Assembly: GCA_017527435.1 (NCBI GenBank)
Contig: JAFXQB010000006.1
Coordinates: 23,098-87,097 of the forward strand
DNA: 64,000 nucleotides
Direction: 5' to 3'
Origin: Salinivirgaceae bacterium
Lineage (GTDB): Bacteria > Bacteroidota > Bacteroidia > Bacteroidales > SZUA-534
Position 1 is the first letter of the stretch, and every line of letters begins with the position of its first letter. Below the pieces are notes generated by a model that ran no database searches, was not told where the DNA came from, and was given only the letters and a program-made list of their open reading frames with translations. Position numbers and translations under genes: made by a program. Positions 56,801 through 64,000 of the stretch are shown one piece after another.

Positions 56801-56965
56801 TGCGCCAGGGGGGTGCCCCACTTCGAGTTTGTAGCCTGTGGCTATGAATTCGCCGCAATCCCAGAAACTGGCTGTCGGCTCAATGGTTGCAATGTACACC
56901 GCCGAAGCAATGGCGAATGTTATCCAACCGATAATGAGATTCAGTTTTTGAAATTTCATTTTCAT
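53867..56965 (-). CDS. DUF2723 domain membrane protein (predicted glycosyltransferase, PMT-like)
   Basis: MKMKFQKLNLIIGWITFAIASAVYIATIEPTASFWDCGEFIATGYKLEVGHPPGAPFF, a polytopic N-terminal half and a soluble TPR-like C-terminus. The track start at 56998 lies inside a REP hairpin and is rejected. Confidence 0.85.
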   Translation of the reverse strand: MKMKFQKLNLIIGWITFAIASAVYIATIEPTASFWDCGEFIATGYKLEVGHPPGAPFFMLMTKFFSLFAGGDVTKVAMWANIMSALASGGTILFLFWTITHLGRRLTRKNADELSLGWQIAILGSAFIGSLAYTFSDTFWFSAVEGEVYASSSLLTAFVFWAILKWEDVADQPYSNRWLVLIAYIIGISIGVHLLNLLTIPAIALVYYFKKSQTVTPKGVIVALLISCVILGGVMWGIIPGVVKLGFFFDRIFVNGFGLGYNSGLLFMIALLAGLFTWGIIYTQKQNKPVWNTILVAVAVLLIGYGSYAVTVVRSLATPPIDQNDPEDAYSLLSYLNREQYGSSPLIYGQYYNTPVDLDDPYKHNGKNWIQKNGKYVEGNDKIEYNYNKEMCTVFPRMWSSKQEHVEDYKYWGNIKGRKVKVRNNQGEMETMVKPTFGENLRFFFRYQCGFMYFRYFMWNFVGRQNDIQGDGDNMSGNWISGIKFLDEMRLGPQDNLPSEYANNRGTNKYYFLPLILGLIGLFYQLKRDKKNFWVVMALFILTGLAIVVYLNQYPRQPRERDYAYAGSFYAFAIWIGLGVMSLYEWLNKVTKEVPSAAVATGVCLLVPGIMCAQNWDDHDRSNRYICHDVAWNYLQSCEPNAIIFTNGDNDTFPLWYIQEVEGVRTDVRVICLPYLITDWYIDQMKSKYYESEPVPFSMNHNQYETGTRDQLPVYDKIKDAVELKDVIDFIASDKPETRLKTNYNDVIDYFPTKNLKVTVDKDEILRKGVVKAKDSALIVDEMTWSLASRYILKNDLMILDLVANANWDRPIYFVTVGPGNDTNIRDYFQCEGFAYRLVPIKTKYDMQLQSVGRIDTDQLYDNMMNKFRWGNMGDPKVYLDENIRRTIQIVKLRTNFGRLAIALEQEGKHDSATAVLNRCLEVLPVEKMALTYYDLRFVDALFACNHPKASEIATGIFNNAYNDLLYYAGLPAPFYASNENKRYMCMANAQLVLETLQTYEQTELFNELNGVLTEMYSIYSGSKNAKGLSRR

Positions 56966-56978
56966 TTTATTGTTATCG

Positions 56979-57006
56979 GTAGAGACGCGCCACGGCACGT
57001 CTCTAC
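56979..57006 (-). repeat. REP-like palindromic hairpin element, copy 5
   Basis: Plus strand GTAGAGACGCGCCACGGCACGTCTCTAC. It pairs with one G:U wobble on the minus (sense) strand. Sits in the 48-nt gap between the flippase stop and the DUF2723 start. Confidence 0.85.
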
Positions 57007-57013
57007 AAGGTTA

Positions 57014-58462
57014 TCAATTAACGTCTTTTATTTTCAATAATTTAACAAAATCACCTATTCTGACTAAACCCATCGCCACTGACAAGCATCCGGCTGCAAT
57101 CAGCATCAGGGCGGCGTTGGTTAGCCAGCTCATCGGCAGACGGATTGTGGCAAAACCAACCACGGCCACGCATAAAACGTAAGCCGCAAGTTTGAATTGT
57201 GTGCGTCCGCAGAATTTGAGCCCAAAAATAGAAAAAGCAATGGCAATTTGGGCAAAAGCGGTCAAACTTTGTGTTGCAAGACTCACAATGGCCGCCCCAA
57301 GCGCCCCGTAGCGTGGTATCAGCACAAAATTCATCGCAATGTTGAACACCATTCCGCAGAACGCAACAATGTTGAGTTGGCGCAGGCTGCCGTTGGCGGT
57401 GAGTAGTGTTCCGTAGATGTAAACCATTGATATTGCCACAAATCCGCTGATTAGAAGCGCAAAAATCGGTGCCGACTCGGCAACGTGGCTGCTGTAGAGC
57501 AGGTCCATAATCGGGTGGCGGTAGAAGACGCACGCAGCGGCCCCGGCCACCACAGGCACGGCCATTGCCACGGTTGAGAGCCGAAGCAGACCTGCCACAT
57601 TCTCGCGCTGCTTAATCATCCGCGAGAACATCGGCAGCAGCAGATTGGCAAACAGCAGAGCGAACATACAGCAGGCGTCCGATATGCGGTAGGCCTGCGC
57701 GTAGATGCCGGCCTGCACCTTGCCGTCGGGCAGAAGGCGCTCGAGCATCACCGAGTCGATGCGGTTGTAGAGCGACATCAGCAGAGTGAGCAGCGCAAAC
57801 GGAAAACTCTTACGCAGCACTTCGAGCGAGAACTGAAGGTTGAATGTCGGGCGGAACGTGGGCGCGTGGATGAAAACCAGCACAAAAACCACAGCCGCCG
57901 TAAACAGATAGGCGCCCGTCTGCGCATAGACAAACCACTCGATGCGGAAAGGCTGATTAGTAACATTTCCCCACAGCAACAGACTGCAAATCAGAATCAT
58001 AACCACGCGGTCGAGCACCGACACAATGCTATCGGTTTTGAAAAGTTGCAATCCCGCCAGATTGGAACGCAAGTAGAGAATCAGCGCCAGTAGAAACTGA
58101 TTGAAAGTCAAAAACATCAGCATCTCTAATTGGTGGCTATTGTAGTTGCAAAGCCACGCCGCAGCCATACTCACCACGAAATAGAAAACGCCCAATATCA
58201 GTCTGATTGTGAAGATGTTGGAGAAGTTGAGAGTCAAACCGCTCTCGTTCTGTGAGATGTTTCGGTTGTTGTAGTTGGTGATGCCCAGATCGAGCAAGAT
58301 GTTGAGAATGAGCGAGAAATTGAACAGCGCGAAGTAGAATCCGTACTGCTCGGCACCCACCACGTTCTGCACAGTGCGGTCGATTCCGAAAACCCAGAAC
58401 GGCTTGACCAGCAGGTTAAGGAATACAACAAGAATTAGGTTCAGTATGAATTTGCGTTTCAA
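57014..58462 (-). CDS. Oligosaccharide flippase family protein (MOP superfamily)
   Basis: 482-aa polytopic protein, MKRKFILNLILVVFLNLLVKPFWVFGIDR. The apparent start codon is TTG. Confidence 0.8.
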   Translation of the reverse strand: MKRKFILNLILVVFLNLLVKPFWVFGIDRTVQNVVGAEQYGFYFALFNFSLILNILLDLGITNYNNRNISQNESGLTLNFSNIFTIRLILGVFYFVVSMAAAWLCNYNSHQLEMLMFLTFNQFLLALILYLRSNLAGLQLFKTDSIVSVLDRVVMILICSLLLWGNVTNQPFRIEWFVYAQTGAYLFTAAVVFVLVFIHAPTFRPTFNLQFSLEVLRKSFPFALLTLLMSLYNRIDSVMLERLLPDGKVQAGIYAQAYRISDACCMFALLFANLLLPMFSRMIKQRENVAGLLRLSTVAMAVPVVAGAAACVFYRHPIMDLLYSSHVAESAPIFALLISGFVAISMVYIYGTLLTANGSLRQLNIVAFCGMVFNIAMNFVLIPRYGALGAAIVSLATQSLTAFAQIAIAFSIFGLKFCGRTQFKLAAYVLCVAVVGFATIRLPMSWLTNAALMLIAAGCLSVAMGLVRIGDFVKLLKIKDVN

Positions 58463-58487
58463 GACCTTTCGCGATACAGACTTTTGC

Positions 58488-58997
58488 TTACAGTTTCTTG
58501 AGAGCGTCCATCAGTTTCTCGCCACGCAGCCCAACGCCCACAACCGTGCCGTTGCCGTCGATCAGGAAATTGGTAGGAATGCTTGTGATGCCGAATTTAC
58601 GGGCGATGCCAGCCCATGCTTTAAGGTCCGACACATGGGTGTCCCACAAAAGTCCGTCATCTTCAATGGCTTTCGCCCATTTTTCCTTATCGTTGTCGAG
58701 CGATACGCTCAAAACCACAAAATCTTTAGCTTTGGCTTTTTTGAATTTTTTGCCCTTGTATTTGTTGTAGGCGGCAACCACATTTGGATTCTCGCGACGG
58801 CACGGACCGCACCACGATGCCCAGAAATCAATCAGCACCACTTTGCCTTTGAACTGCGACAGGCTCATATCATCGCCCTTAACAGTCTGAAGTGTGAAAT
58901 CGGGCATTTTATCGCCCACTTTAATATTTTGCGCTTTTACGCCTGAAATGGCGAAAACAGCTGCTATTGCTGCCAAGAATAATTTTTTCATAATCAT
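58488..58997 (-). CDS. TlpA/ResA-like thiol-disulfide oxidoreductase (thioredoxin fold)
   Basis: Signal peptide, then VLIDFWASWCGPCRRENP. Confidence 0.9.
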   Translation of the reverse strand: MIMKKLFLAAIAAVFAISGVKAQNIKVGDKMPDFTLQTVKGDDMSLSQFKGKVVLIDFWASWCGPCRRENPNVVAAYNKYKGKKFKKAKAKDFVVLSVSLDNDKEKWAKAIEDDGLLWDTHVSDLKAWAGIARKFGITSIPTNFLIDGNGTVVGVGLRGEKLMDALKKL

Positions 58998-59054
58998 AAA
59001 TTCATTAAAAACAACGCAAAGCTAAAAACGAAATTCGAAATCAACAAATTTCAA

Positions 59055-59843
59055 TCAATCCCAGCCTTCTGTATCGGCTTTTTCCGGTGCAAAGTAACCA
59101 CCTATTTTGTAGTCGATGCCGGCTTTGTGTGCCTGGCTCAATTGGTATTTGCGCATAATGCGGAAGAGCTTGCCGTCTTTTACAAAATATGACCCTGTTT
59201 GGTGGAAGCGGAACGGCACGTTTTTCTCAACGCACTGCCGCCGAAGGTCGAGAATCCAGTCGTAGTGACAGGGGCGGGCGTTCACCCCCGACTCGCCACC
59301 AACCGACACTTCTTCAATCGATGAGTCGAGATAGGGTAGAATGTTAATTTGCTCGAGCAGCGGTGCAGCCGTGATGATTTTGTGGCGTATGGGTGCCGAC
59401 ATGAAAATAGGCAGCCGACGGTCGGCCATGGCTTGATTCTCAACGGTGCAGCCAATCAGCACGTTGGGGTAGCCATCGCCCCAGTCGGCAGGAATGCAGT
59501 CAGCGAACCGGTCGATGCGTTTTGTGAAGAAGTAAAACATGCAGTCGCTTCGCTCGCGAATCATCCGCCAGCAGTCGGGACGCCATTCATCAGCGTCTTC
59601 AAGCAGAAAATCAGATGTGAAGCAGGTAAAGACGACTTTGCCCGACGGTAGTTTGTATGATTTGTCGCGTTTCCGCTTGACGGGCAGGTCGAAGGCCGCT
59701 GTTTTACGCGCAACATTGCTGCCGATTTCGCAGCCGTACATCTCGTCCTGCCGGTAGACATAGCAGAACTTGCAGCCGGCACTGATTTTTGTGCAGCCGT
59801 GCCACGGATTCCAGTCGGCATATGTGTTCCACGAGTCGGACAT
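59055..59843 (-). CDS. DUF5131 (phage Gp37/Gp68-like) family protein
   Basis: N-terminal WNPWHGCTKISAGCKFCYV signature. 262 aa. Confidence 0.7.
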   Translation of the reverse strand: MSDSWNTYADWNPWHGCTKISAGCKFCYVYRQDEMYGCEIGSNVARKTAAFDLPVKRKRDKSYKLPSGKVVFTCFTSDFLLEDADEWRPDCWRMIRERSDCMFYFFTKRIDRFADCIPADWGDGYPNVLIGCTVENQAMADRRLPIFMSAPIRHKIITAAPLLEQINILPYLDSSIEEVSVGGESGVNARPCHYDWILDLRRQCVEKNVPFRFHQTGSYFVKDGKLFRIMRKYQLSQAHKAGIDYKIGGYFAPEKADTEGWD

Positions 59844-59916
59844 TTGCTGTTTTTAAATCGATAGAGTGATTAAAGCCGCCGGTATCAAACTCGAGCTTTT
59901 GTCGGATGATTTAGTC

Positions 59917-60777
59917 TTATTTCATCACATCAAACCCTTCGCCGTAAACGCTCATCACGGCTTCCTGCGAGATGAACGCCTGCGGGTCAATCTGCTTGAC
60001 AATGTGGTGAACAGCCTGAACCTGGGTCTTTTTCACTATCGAAAGGATGACTTTCACTTCCTGTTTCGAGTACCAGCCCTGGCCTTCGAGAATGGTCACG
60101 CCGCGGTCGAGTTGCGAAGTGATGGCGTCAGCAATCTCGGCGTAATGCTTCGAGAAAATCATCATCTGCACCGATTGTTTGCGTCCAACAAGCACAATGT
60201 CAATGCAATAGGTGAGCGTGAACATAGTCACAAAGCCGTAAACCATCTTCTCAACGCTGTTGAAAATGAAGTATGACGACGCCACCACCAACGCATCGCA
60301 GACCATTATGGCACGGCCTGGCATAATGTCGCGGTACTTATTGATAATCATTGCAATAATGTCGGTGCCGCCCGTGCTGCCGCCCTGCAAAAAGACAAGG
60401 CCGATGCCCAAGCCGCCAATGGCGCCGCCAATCACGGTGGCCATAAACGATTCGCTGACAATGGGTTCGGTTATCACGCCACGCAGAATGCGGACAAAGA
60501 GCGTAATCATTGCAATGCTGTAGATGGTTTTGACACCGAACGATGCGCCTAAAATCTTGATAGCCAACACCAAAAGAACAGCGTTGATGCCCACGTATGA
60601 ATATTCAACGGGGAAGCCCGTGGCGTAGAAGATGGCCGATGCCATACCGGCCACGCCGCCGCTCACCACCTGCGCCGGCAAGATGAACGACGCCCAACCC
60701 AACGAGTAGATGAACAGCCCCACCGTCATTATGGCGTATGAGCGGATGGTTTCGGAAACTGACGCTTGCATTTTCAT
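59917..60777 (-). CDS. YitT family membrane protein (with C-terminal DUF2179 domain)
   Basis: 286 aa with 5-6 TM helices (GGVAGMASAIF, GGSTGGTDIIA), then a soluble C-terminal domain. Confidence 0.85.
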   Translation of the reverse strand: MKMQASVSETIRSYAIMTVGLFIYSLGWASFILPAQVVSGGVAGMASAIFYATGFPVEYSYVGINAVLLVLAIKILGASFGVKTIYSIAMITLFVRILRGVITEPIVSESFMATVIGGAIGGLGIGLVFLQGGSTGGTDIIAMIINKYRDIMPGRAIMVCDALVVASSYFIFNSVEKMVYGFVTMFTLTYCIDIVLVGRKQSVQMMIFSKHYAEIADAITSQLDRGVTILEGQGWYSKQEVKVILSIVKKTQVQAVHHIVKQIDPQAFISQEAVMSVYGEGFDVMK

Positions 60778-60893
60778 ATCACAAAACGATTTTCAATAGA
60801 ACACAAATCTATAGCAGAATTGCCGAAAGTGGAACGTTTTTTTGAAGGCTGTAGAGAATGATTTTTCGCACAGATGTTCCCCTTCATCTTCAC

Positions 60894-61970
60894 TTATCTC
60901 ACCGACGGGGTAATGAAAACCCGCCACGAACCAGCGGTAGAGCCACGCTCAATATAATGTTTGTCAAGCAGTTGGCCTAACAGTTTTTTCACAGCCGACA
61001 TATTTATTCCTATGTGGCGCTGCATATCCGCCAGTGTCAGCACAGGCTCCGTCATCATCAGTAGCAGCAGTTTGCCGTAGTTTGGCGTACGGAATTCGAT
61101 ACGTTCACCGTCGTACCACCACAGATTCTCGTCGTGCTCGGTCAGAAAGCACACATCAGCATAGATTTCGCGCGCCATCATACTCTTGAAATAATGCACA
61201 AATGGTCTGATATTCTGCGGTTTGGCGTTGGCGCCAGCATACGGCTCGGGACCTACAATCAGGTCGGCGGCGTGCAGAGCCTCAAGGTACTCGTTTTTCA
61301 GCCTGCTTCGGACAACAATCATCGGATAGTTGTATTTGGTCAGGATATAGTTGACCATTAGTCGCGCAATGCGCCCATTGCCATCCTCGAACGGGTGAAT
61401 GCGAATGTAGCGGTAGTGGAACAGCGCCGCCAGCTCAACAGGCGACAGCCTTCCGGCGGCTTCTGCCTTGTTGTACCAATCGACAAGGTCGGCCATCAGG
61501 GCGGGGGTTTCTTCGGGCGAAGCATACTCAAATCGGTCGCCATAGCGCGTTATGACGCTGTTCGGACGGGTTTTGTACTGTCCCGCGTGAATGGTGTAGC
61601 TCGTCTGCATTCCGCCAGGCAGCGTGCGGTAAACGGTGTAATCCTCGCGCAGCAAGGTCCGGTGCAGAGTGCGGATAAAATTTTGTGTCAGCGGGGTTTC
61701 CTTCACCATAGCCTCTTCTTTCATCATATTAAGAGCGACATTACTCGCCGCCATATCCTGCACATCCTTTGTATTTGCCTCGCCAATAACCTTGCCAAAA
61801 AGCAAAAGAATCTCGGTTTGCCCGTACGTCAGCGTGTTGCCCTCAATATGGTTTGAATTGAAGTTGAAATCGACAGTAAACTTGCGGCTCAGGCGGGCTT
61901 TGTCGGCCTCTGCCAGCGGTTGCAGTTTCTGCCATTCATTAATGGCTTTTTGTAATGTTAAGTAGCGCAT
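60894..61970 (-). CDS. Fic family protein (Fido domain plus C-terminal winged-helix-like domain)
   Basis: Canonical HPFEDGNGRIARL motif. The C-terminus (LTLADMQRHIGINMSAVKKLLGQLLDKHYIER) looks like a wHTH. Confidence 0.9.
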   Translation of the reverse strand: MRYLTLQKAINEWQKLQPLAEADKARLSRKFTVDFNFNSNHIEGNTLTYGQTEILLLFGKVIGEANTKDVQDMAASNVALNMMKEEAMVKETPLTQNFIRTLHRTLLREDYTVYRTLPGGMQTSYTIHAGQYKTRPNSVITRYGDRFEYASPEETPALMADLVDWYNKAEAAGRLSPVELAALFHYRYIRIHPFEDGNGRIARLMVNYILTKYNYPMIVVRSRLKNEYLEALHAADLIVGPEPYAGANAKPQNIRPFVHYFKSMMAREIYADVCFLTEHDENLWWYDGERIEFRTPNYGKLLLLMMTEPVLTLADMQRHIGINMSAVKKLLGQLLDKHYIERGSTAGSWRVFITPSVR

Positions 61971-61983
61971 AGCAAAAAATGTT

Positions 61984-62029
61984 TGTCAAAAGGTGGCTAT
62001 TGGGCCACTTTATCGTCCGCAAAAATACC
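61984..62029 (-). repeat. Fic promoter/leader unit R1 (TAttTTTG box 62020-62027, inverted repeat GTGGC-N6-GCCAC 61993-62008)
   Basis: Minus-strand reading: ggTATTTTTGcggacgataaaGTGGCccaataGCCACcttttgaca, then 14 nt to the fic ATG. Confidence 0.5.
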
Positions 62030-62100
62030 TATTTTTAGAAAGCTCAAATCTTTTTTCAATAGTTTTTCGCTAGAAAAATGGATAAATGATGAAAAAATGT

Positions 62101-62145
62101 TGCCAAAAAGGTGGCTATACGGGTACTTTTTTGCGAAAATTACAG
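62101..62145 (-). repeat. Degenerate second copy (R2) of the fic promoter/leader unit
   Basis: tgccaaaaaggtggctatacgggtacttttttgcgaaaattaca aligns with R1 at roughly three quarters of positions (hand alignment). Confidence 0.5.
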
Positions 62146-62344
62146 TAGGTTTTTGGGGGGACCATAACATCGTCGTTTATTCTTTGTTGAAGAGCAAAAA
62201 CACCATAATCATAATAGTTATTTCCTTTTTTCAATAAAGAATACGCCCACCTAAAGAAACGGGAGATTGCGTTCGGCATTTATCCGTGTTGCCTTTATTT
62301 GCCTACTTTTTGCTTTATTCAGCATTATTTCACCAAACAAAAAA

Positions 62345-62367
62345 AGCCATCCCGCATCGGAATGGCT
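62345..62367 (-). terminator. Rho-independent terminator of leuS
   Basis: agccatcccgcatcggaatggct hairpin, followed on the minus strand by a T7 run. Confidence 0.75.
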
Positions 62368-62389
62368 TTTCAATATTCAAATCGTTGTT

Positions 62390-64000
62390 TTACAAAACTA
62401 CATTCACAATCTTGCCAGGAACGACAATCACCTTCTTCGGTGTTTTGCCGTCGAGCCATTTGGCGGCCGAATCGTGCGACAGGGCCGTCTCTTGAACCTG
62501 CTGAACGGGCGTGCCCACGGGCAGTTCAATCATAAAGCGGGTCTTGCCGTTGAACGATACGGGGTAGGTCACCACGTCTTCGGTCAGTTTCGACTCGTCC
62601 AGTGCGGGCCACGGCTCGTATGCCAGCGACTCGGTGCCGCCGTACATCTGCCACAACTCTTCGGCAAGGTGCGGGGCGAACGGTGCCAGAATCTTGGCAA
62701 AATCGCGGGCCACGCTGACCGAAACCTTCTTGGCCTTGTAGCAGGCGTTGGTGAATATCATCATTTGTGAGATTGCGGTGTTAAAGCGCAGATTCTCAAT
62801 ATCATCGGCAACCTTTTTGATTGTCTTGTGCAGCTCTTTCACAACGGCGCTGTCGTCGGTCAGGCCATCAACCACGTTCTCTTTCTCGCTGAAGAAGCGG
62901 AACACGCGCGCCAGGAAGTTGAACACGCCCTTCACACCGCTTTCGGCCCACGGCTTCACGGCGTCGAGCGGGCCCATAAACATCTCGTAAAGGCGCAGAC
63001 TGTCAGCACCATAGTGGGCAATCACATCGTCGGGGTTAACAACGTTTTTGAGCGATTTCGACATCTTGGCCACAATCTGACGCAACTCAACGCCCGTCTC
63101 TTTGTGGAATAATTTGCCGTCGCGCTCTTCAACCATATCCGAAGTGACCTTGGCGCCCGCCATCGTCTCATAGGCGAAAGCCAGAATCATTCCTTGGTTG
63201 AACAGTTTCTGATAGGGCTCGTCGGTGTGGACAATGCCCAAATCGAACAGAACCTTGTGCCAGAAGCGGCTGTAGAGCAGGTGCAGCACGGCGTGCTCGG
63301 CGCCGCCCACATACAAATCGACAGGCAGCCAGTAGTTTTCGGCTTCAACCGAGAATGGCGCGGTGTCGTTCTTGGGGTCGGTGTAGCGCAGATAGTACCA
63401 GCACGAGCCCGCCCATTGCGGCATTGTGTTGGTCTCGTAGCGGCCGCGGCGTCCGTTCTTGTCAACCACTGTGAGCCAGTCGGTTGCGTTGGCCAGCGGC
63501 GACTCGCCAGTGTCGCTCGGCTCGTACTTGGTGAGTTCAGGCAGCGTGTGCGGCAGGTCCTTCTCGTCAACGGTGGTCACTTCGCCGTCTTCCCAGTGGA
63601 TAATGGGGAACGGCTCGCCCCAGTAGCGTTGGCGGCTGAACAACCAGTCGCGGATTTTATAGTTGACGGTGGCTTTGCCCAGATTGCGCTCGGCCAGCCA
63701 GGCAATCATCTTGTCAATGGCGTCCTTCTTGTTCAGGCCGTCAAGGAAGCCCGAATTGACGTGGATTCCGTCTTCAGTCCAGGCCTGCTGCTGAACATCG
63801 ACTTCCGATTTCAGAACTTCGATAATCGGCAGATTGAACTTTTTGGCGAATTCCCAGTCGCGAGTGTCGTGGGCGGGAACGGCCATAATGGCGCCCGTGC
63901 CGTAGCCCATCAGCACGTAGTCGGCAACCCAAATAGGAATGAGCGTGCCGTTGACGGGATTTTTTGCGTAGCGGCCCGTGAAGACGCCCGTTTTCTCTTT
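62390..64000 (-). CDS. leuS: Leucine--tRNA ligase, C-terminal ~535 codons; 5' part lies beyond the window
   Basis: The frame stays open to position 64000 (own translation: ...NPVNGTLIPIWVADYVLMGYGTGAIMAVPAHDTRDWEF...). KMSKS motif is present (AKMSKSLKN). Confidence 0.95.
   Translation of the reverse strand, partial: KEKTGVFTGRYAKNPVNGTLIPIWVADYVLMGYGTGAIMAVPAHDTRDWEFAKKFNLPIIEVLKSEVDVQQQAWTEDGIHVNSGFLDGLNKKDAIDKMIAWLAERNLGKATVNYKIRDWLFSRQRYWGEPFPIIHWEDGEVTTVDEKDLPHTLPELTKYEPSDTGESPLANATDWLTVVDKNGRRGRYETNTMPQWAGSCWYYLRYTDPKNDTAPFSVEAENYWLPVDLYVGGAEHAVLHLLYSRFWHKVLFDLGIVHTDEPYQKLFNQGMILAFAYETMAGAKVTSDMVEERDGKLFHKETGVELRQIVAKMSKSLKNVVNPDDVIAHYGADSLRLYEMFMGPLDAVKPWAESGVKGVFNFLARVFRFFSEKENVVDGLTDDSAVVKELHKTIKKVADDIENLRFNTAISQMMIFTNACYKAKKVSVSVARDFAKILAPFAPHLAEELWQMYGGTESLAYEPWPALDESKLTEDVVTYPVSFNGKTRFMIELPVGTPVQQVQETALSHDSAAKWLDGKTPKKVIVVPGKIVNVVL

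Noticed and set aside
61983-62237. 84-aa plus-strand ORF between fic and leuS.
   Set aside because: It spans the duplicated fic leader units and an A/T-rich tract. Its internal similarity (KGGYWATLSSAKI / KRWLYGYFFAKIT) simply reflects the DNA repeat. It has no start context or family features.
1-64000. Scan for tRNA, rRNA, tmRNA, IS elements or transposases, integrases, CRISPR-cas and known multi-gene defence systems.
   Set aside because: I found no GGTTCGAATCC-type T-arm strings in spacers, no rRNA-like conserved blocks and no DDE or tyrosine-recombinase-like ORFs. Absence is judged by eye only. tRNAscan, Infernal and ISfinder would be decisive.

Overview
This is a 64-kb chromosomal segment from a Bacteroidota (Bacteroidales-like) genome. 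The evidence for that placement: no Shine-Dalgarno sites, A-rich leaders, TAnnTTTG -7 boxes, one protein with a T9SS-type C-terminal tail, and Bacteroidota-typical gene pairs (dut-TPR-DUF4292-M23, hemD-like+DUF4271, flippase+DUF2723, DUF349). I call about 54 protein genes, almost all housekeeping: recA, dnaN, upp, tsaC, purH, mreBCD-mrdA-rodA, prfB, queFCDE, pgeF, trmO, leuS, two rubrerythrins, an AsmA-like giant and a natAB-like ABC pair. I found no rRNA, tRNA, CRISPR array, IS element, integrase or recognisable defence operon, and I see no convincing multi-gene novel system. The signals worth a second look are mostly non-coding or structural. (1) A 179-bp duplication of the prfB 3' end brackets a 1.1-kb insertion carrying a lower-GC T9SS-cargo gene; the displaced relic differs only at synonymous sites and keeps an ATG. 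(2) A 28-nt palindromic REP-like hairpin occurs five times, often inside conserved operons. (3) Intergenic spacers are assembled from a small vocabulary of 11-25-nt words, in tandem and in both orientations, usually just upstream of start codons. (4) GC drops sharply from about 50-60% to about 34% at the abutting dut/TPR codons inside one tightly coupled operon. (5) An ~800-bp ORF-free spacer has about 27% GC. (6) A ParE/RelE-type toxin is frameshifted next to its antitoxin. (7) A weak preQ1-I-like leader precedes queF. Hairpin and repeat coordinates were indexed by hand and may be off by 1-2 nt. Family names come from motif recognition and memory, not from searches.
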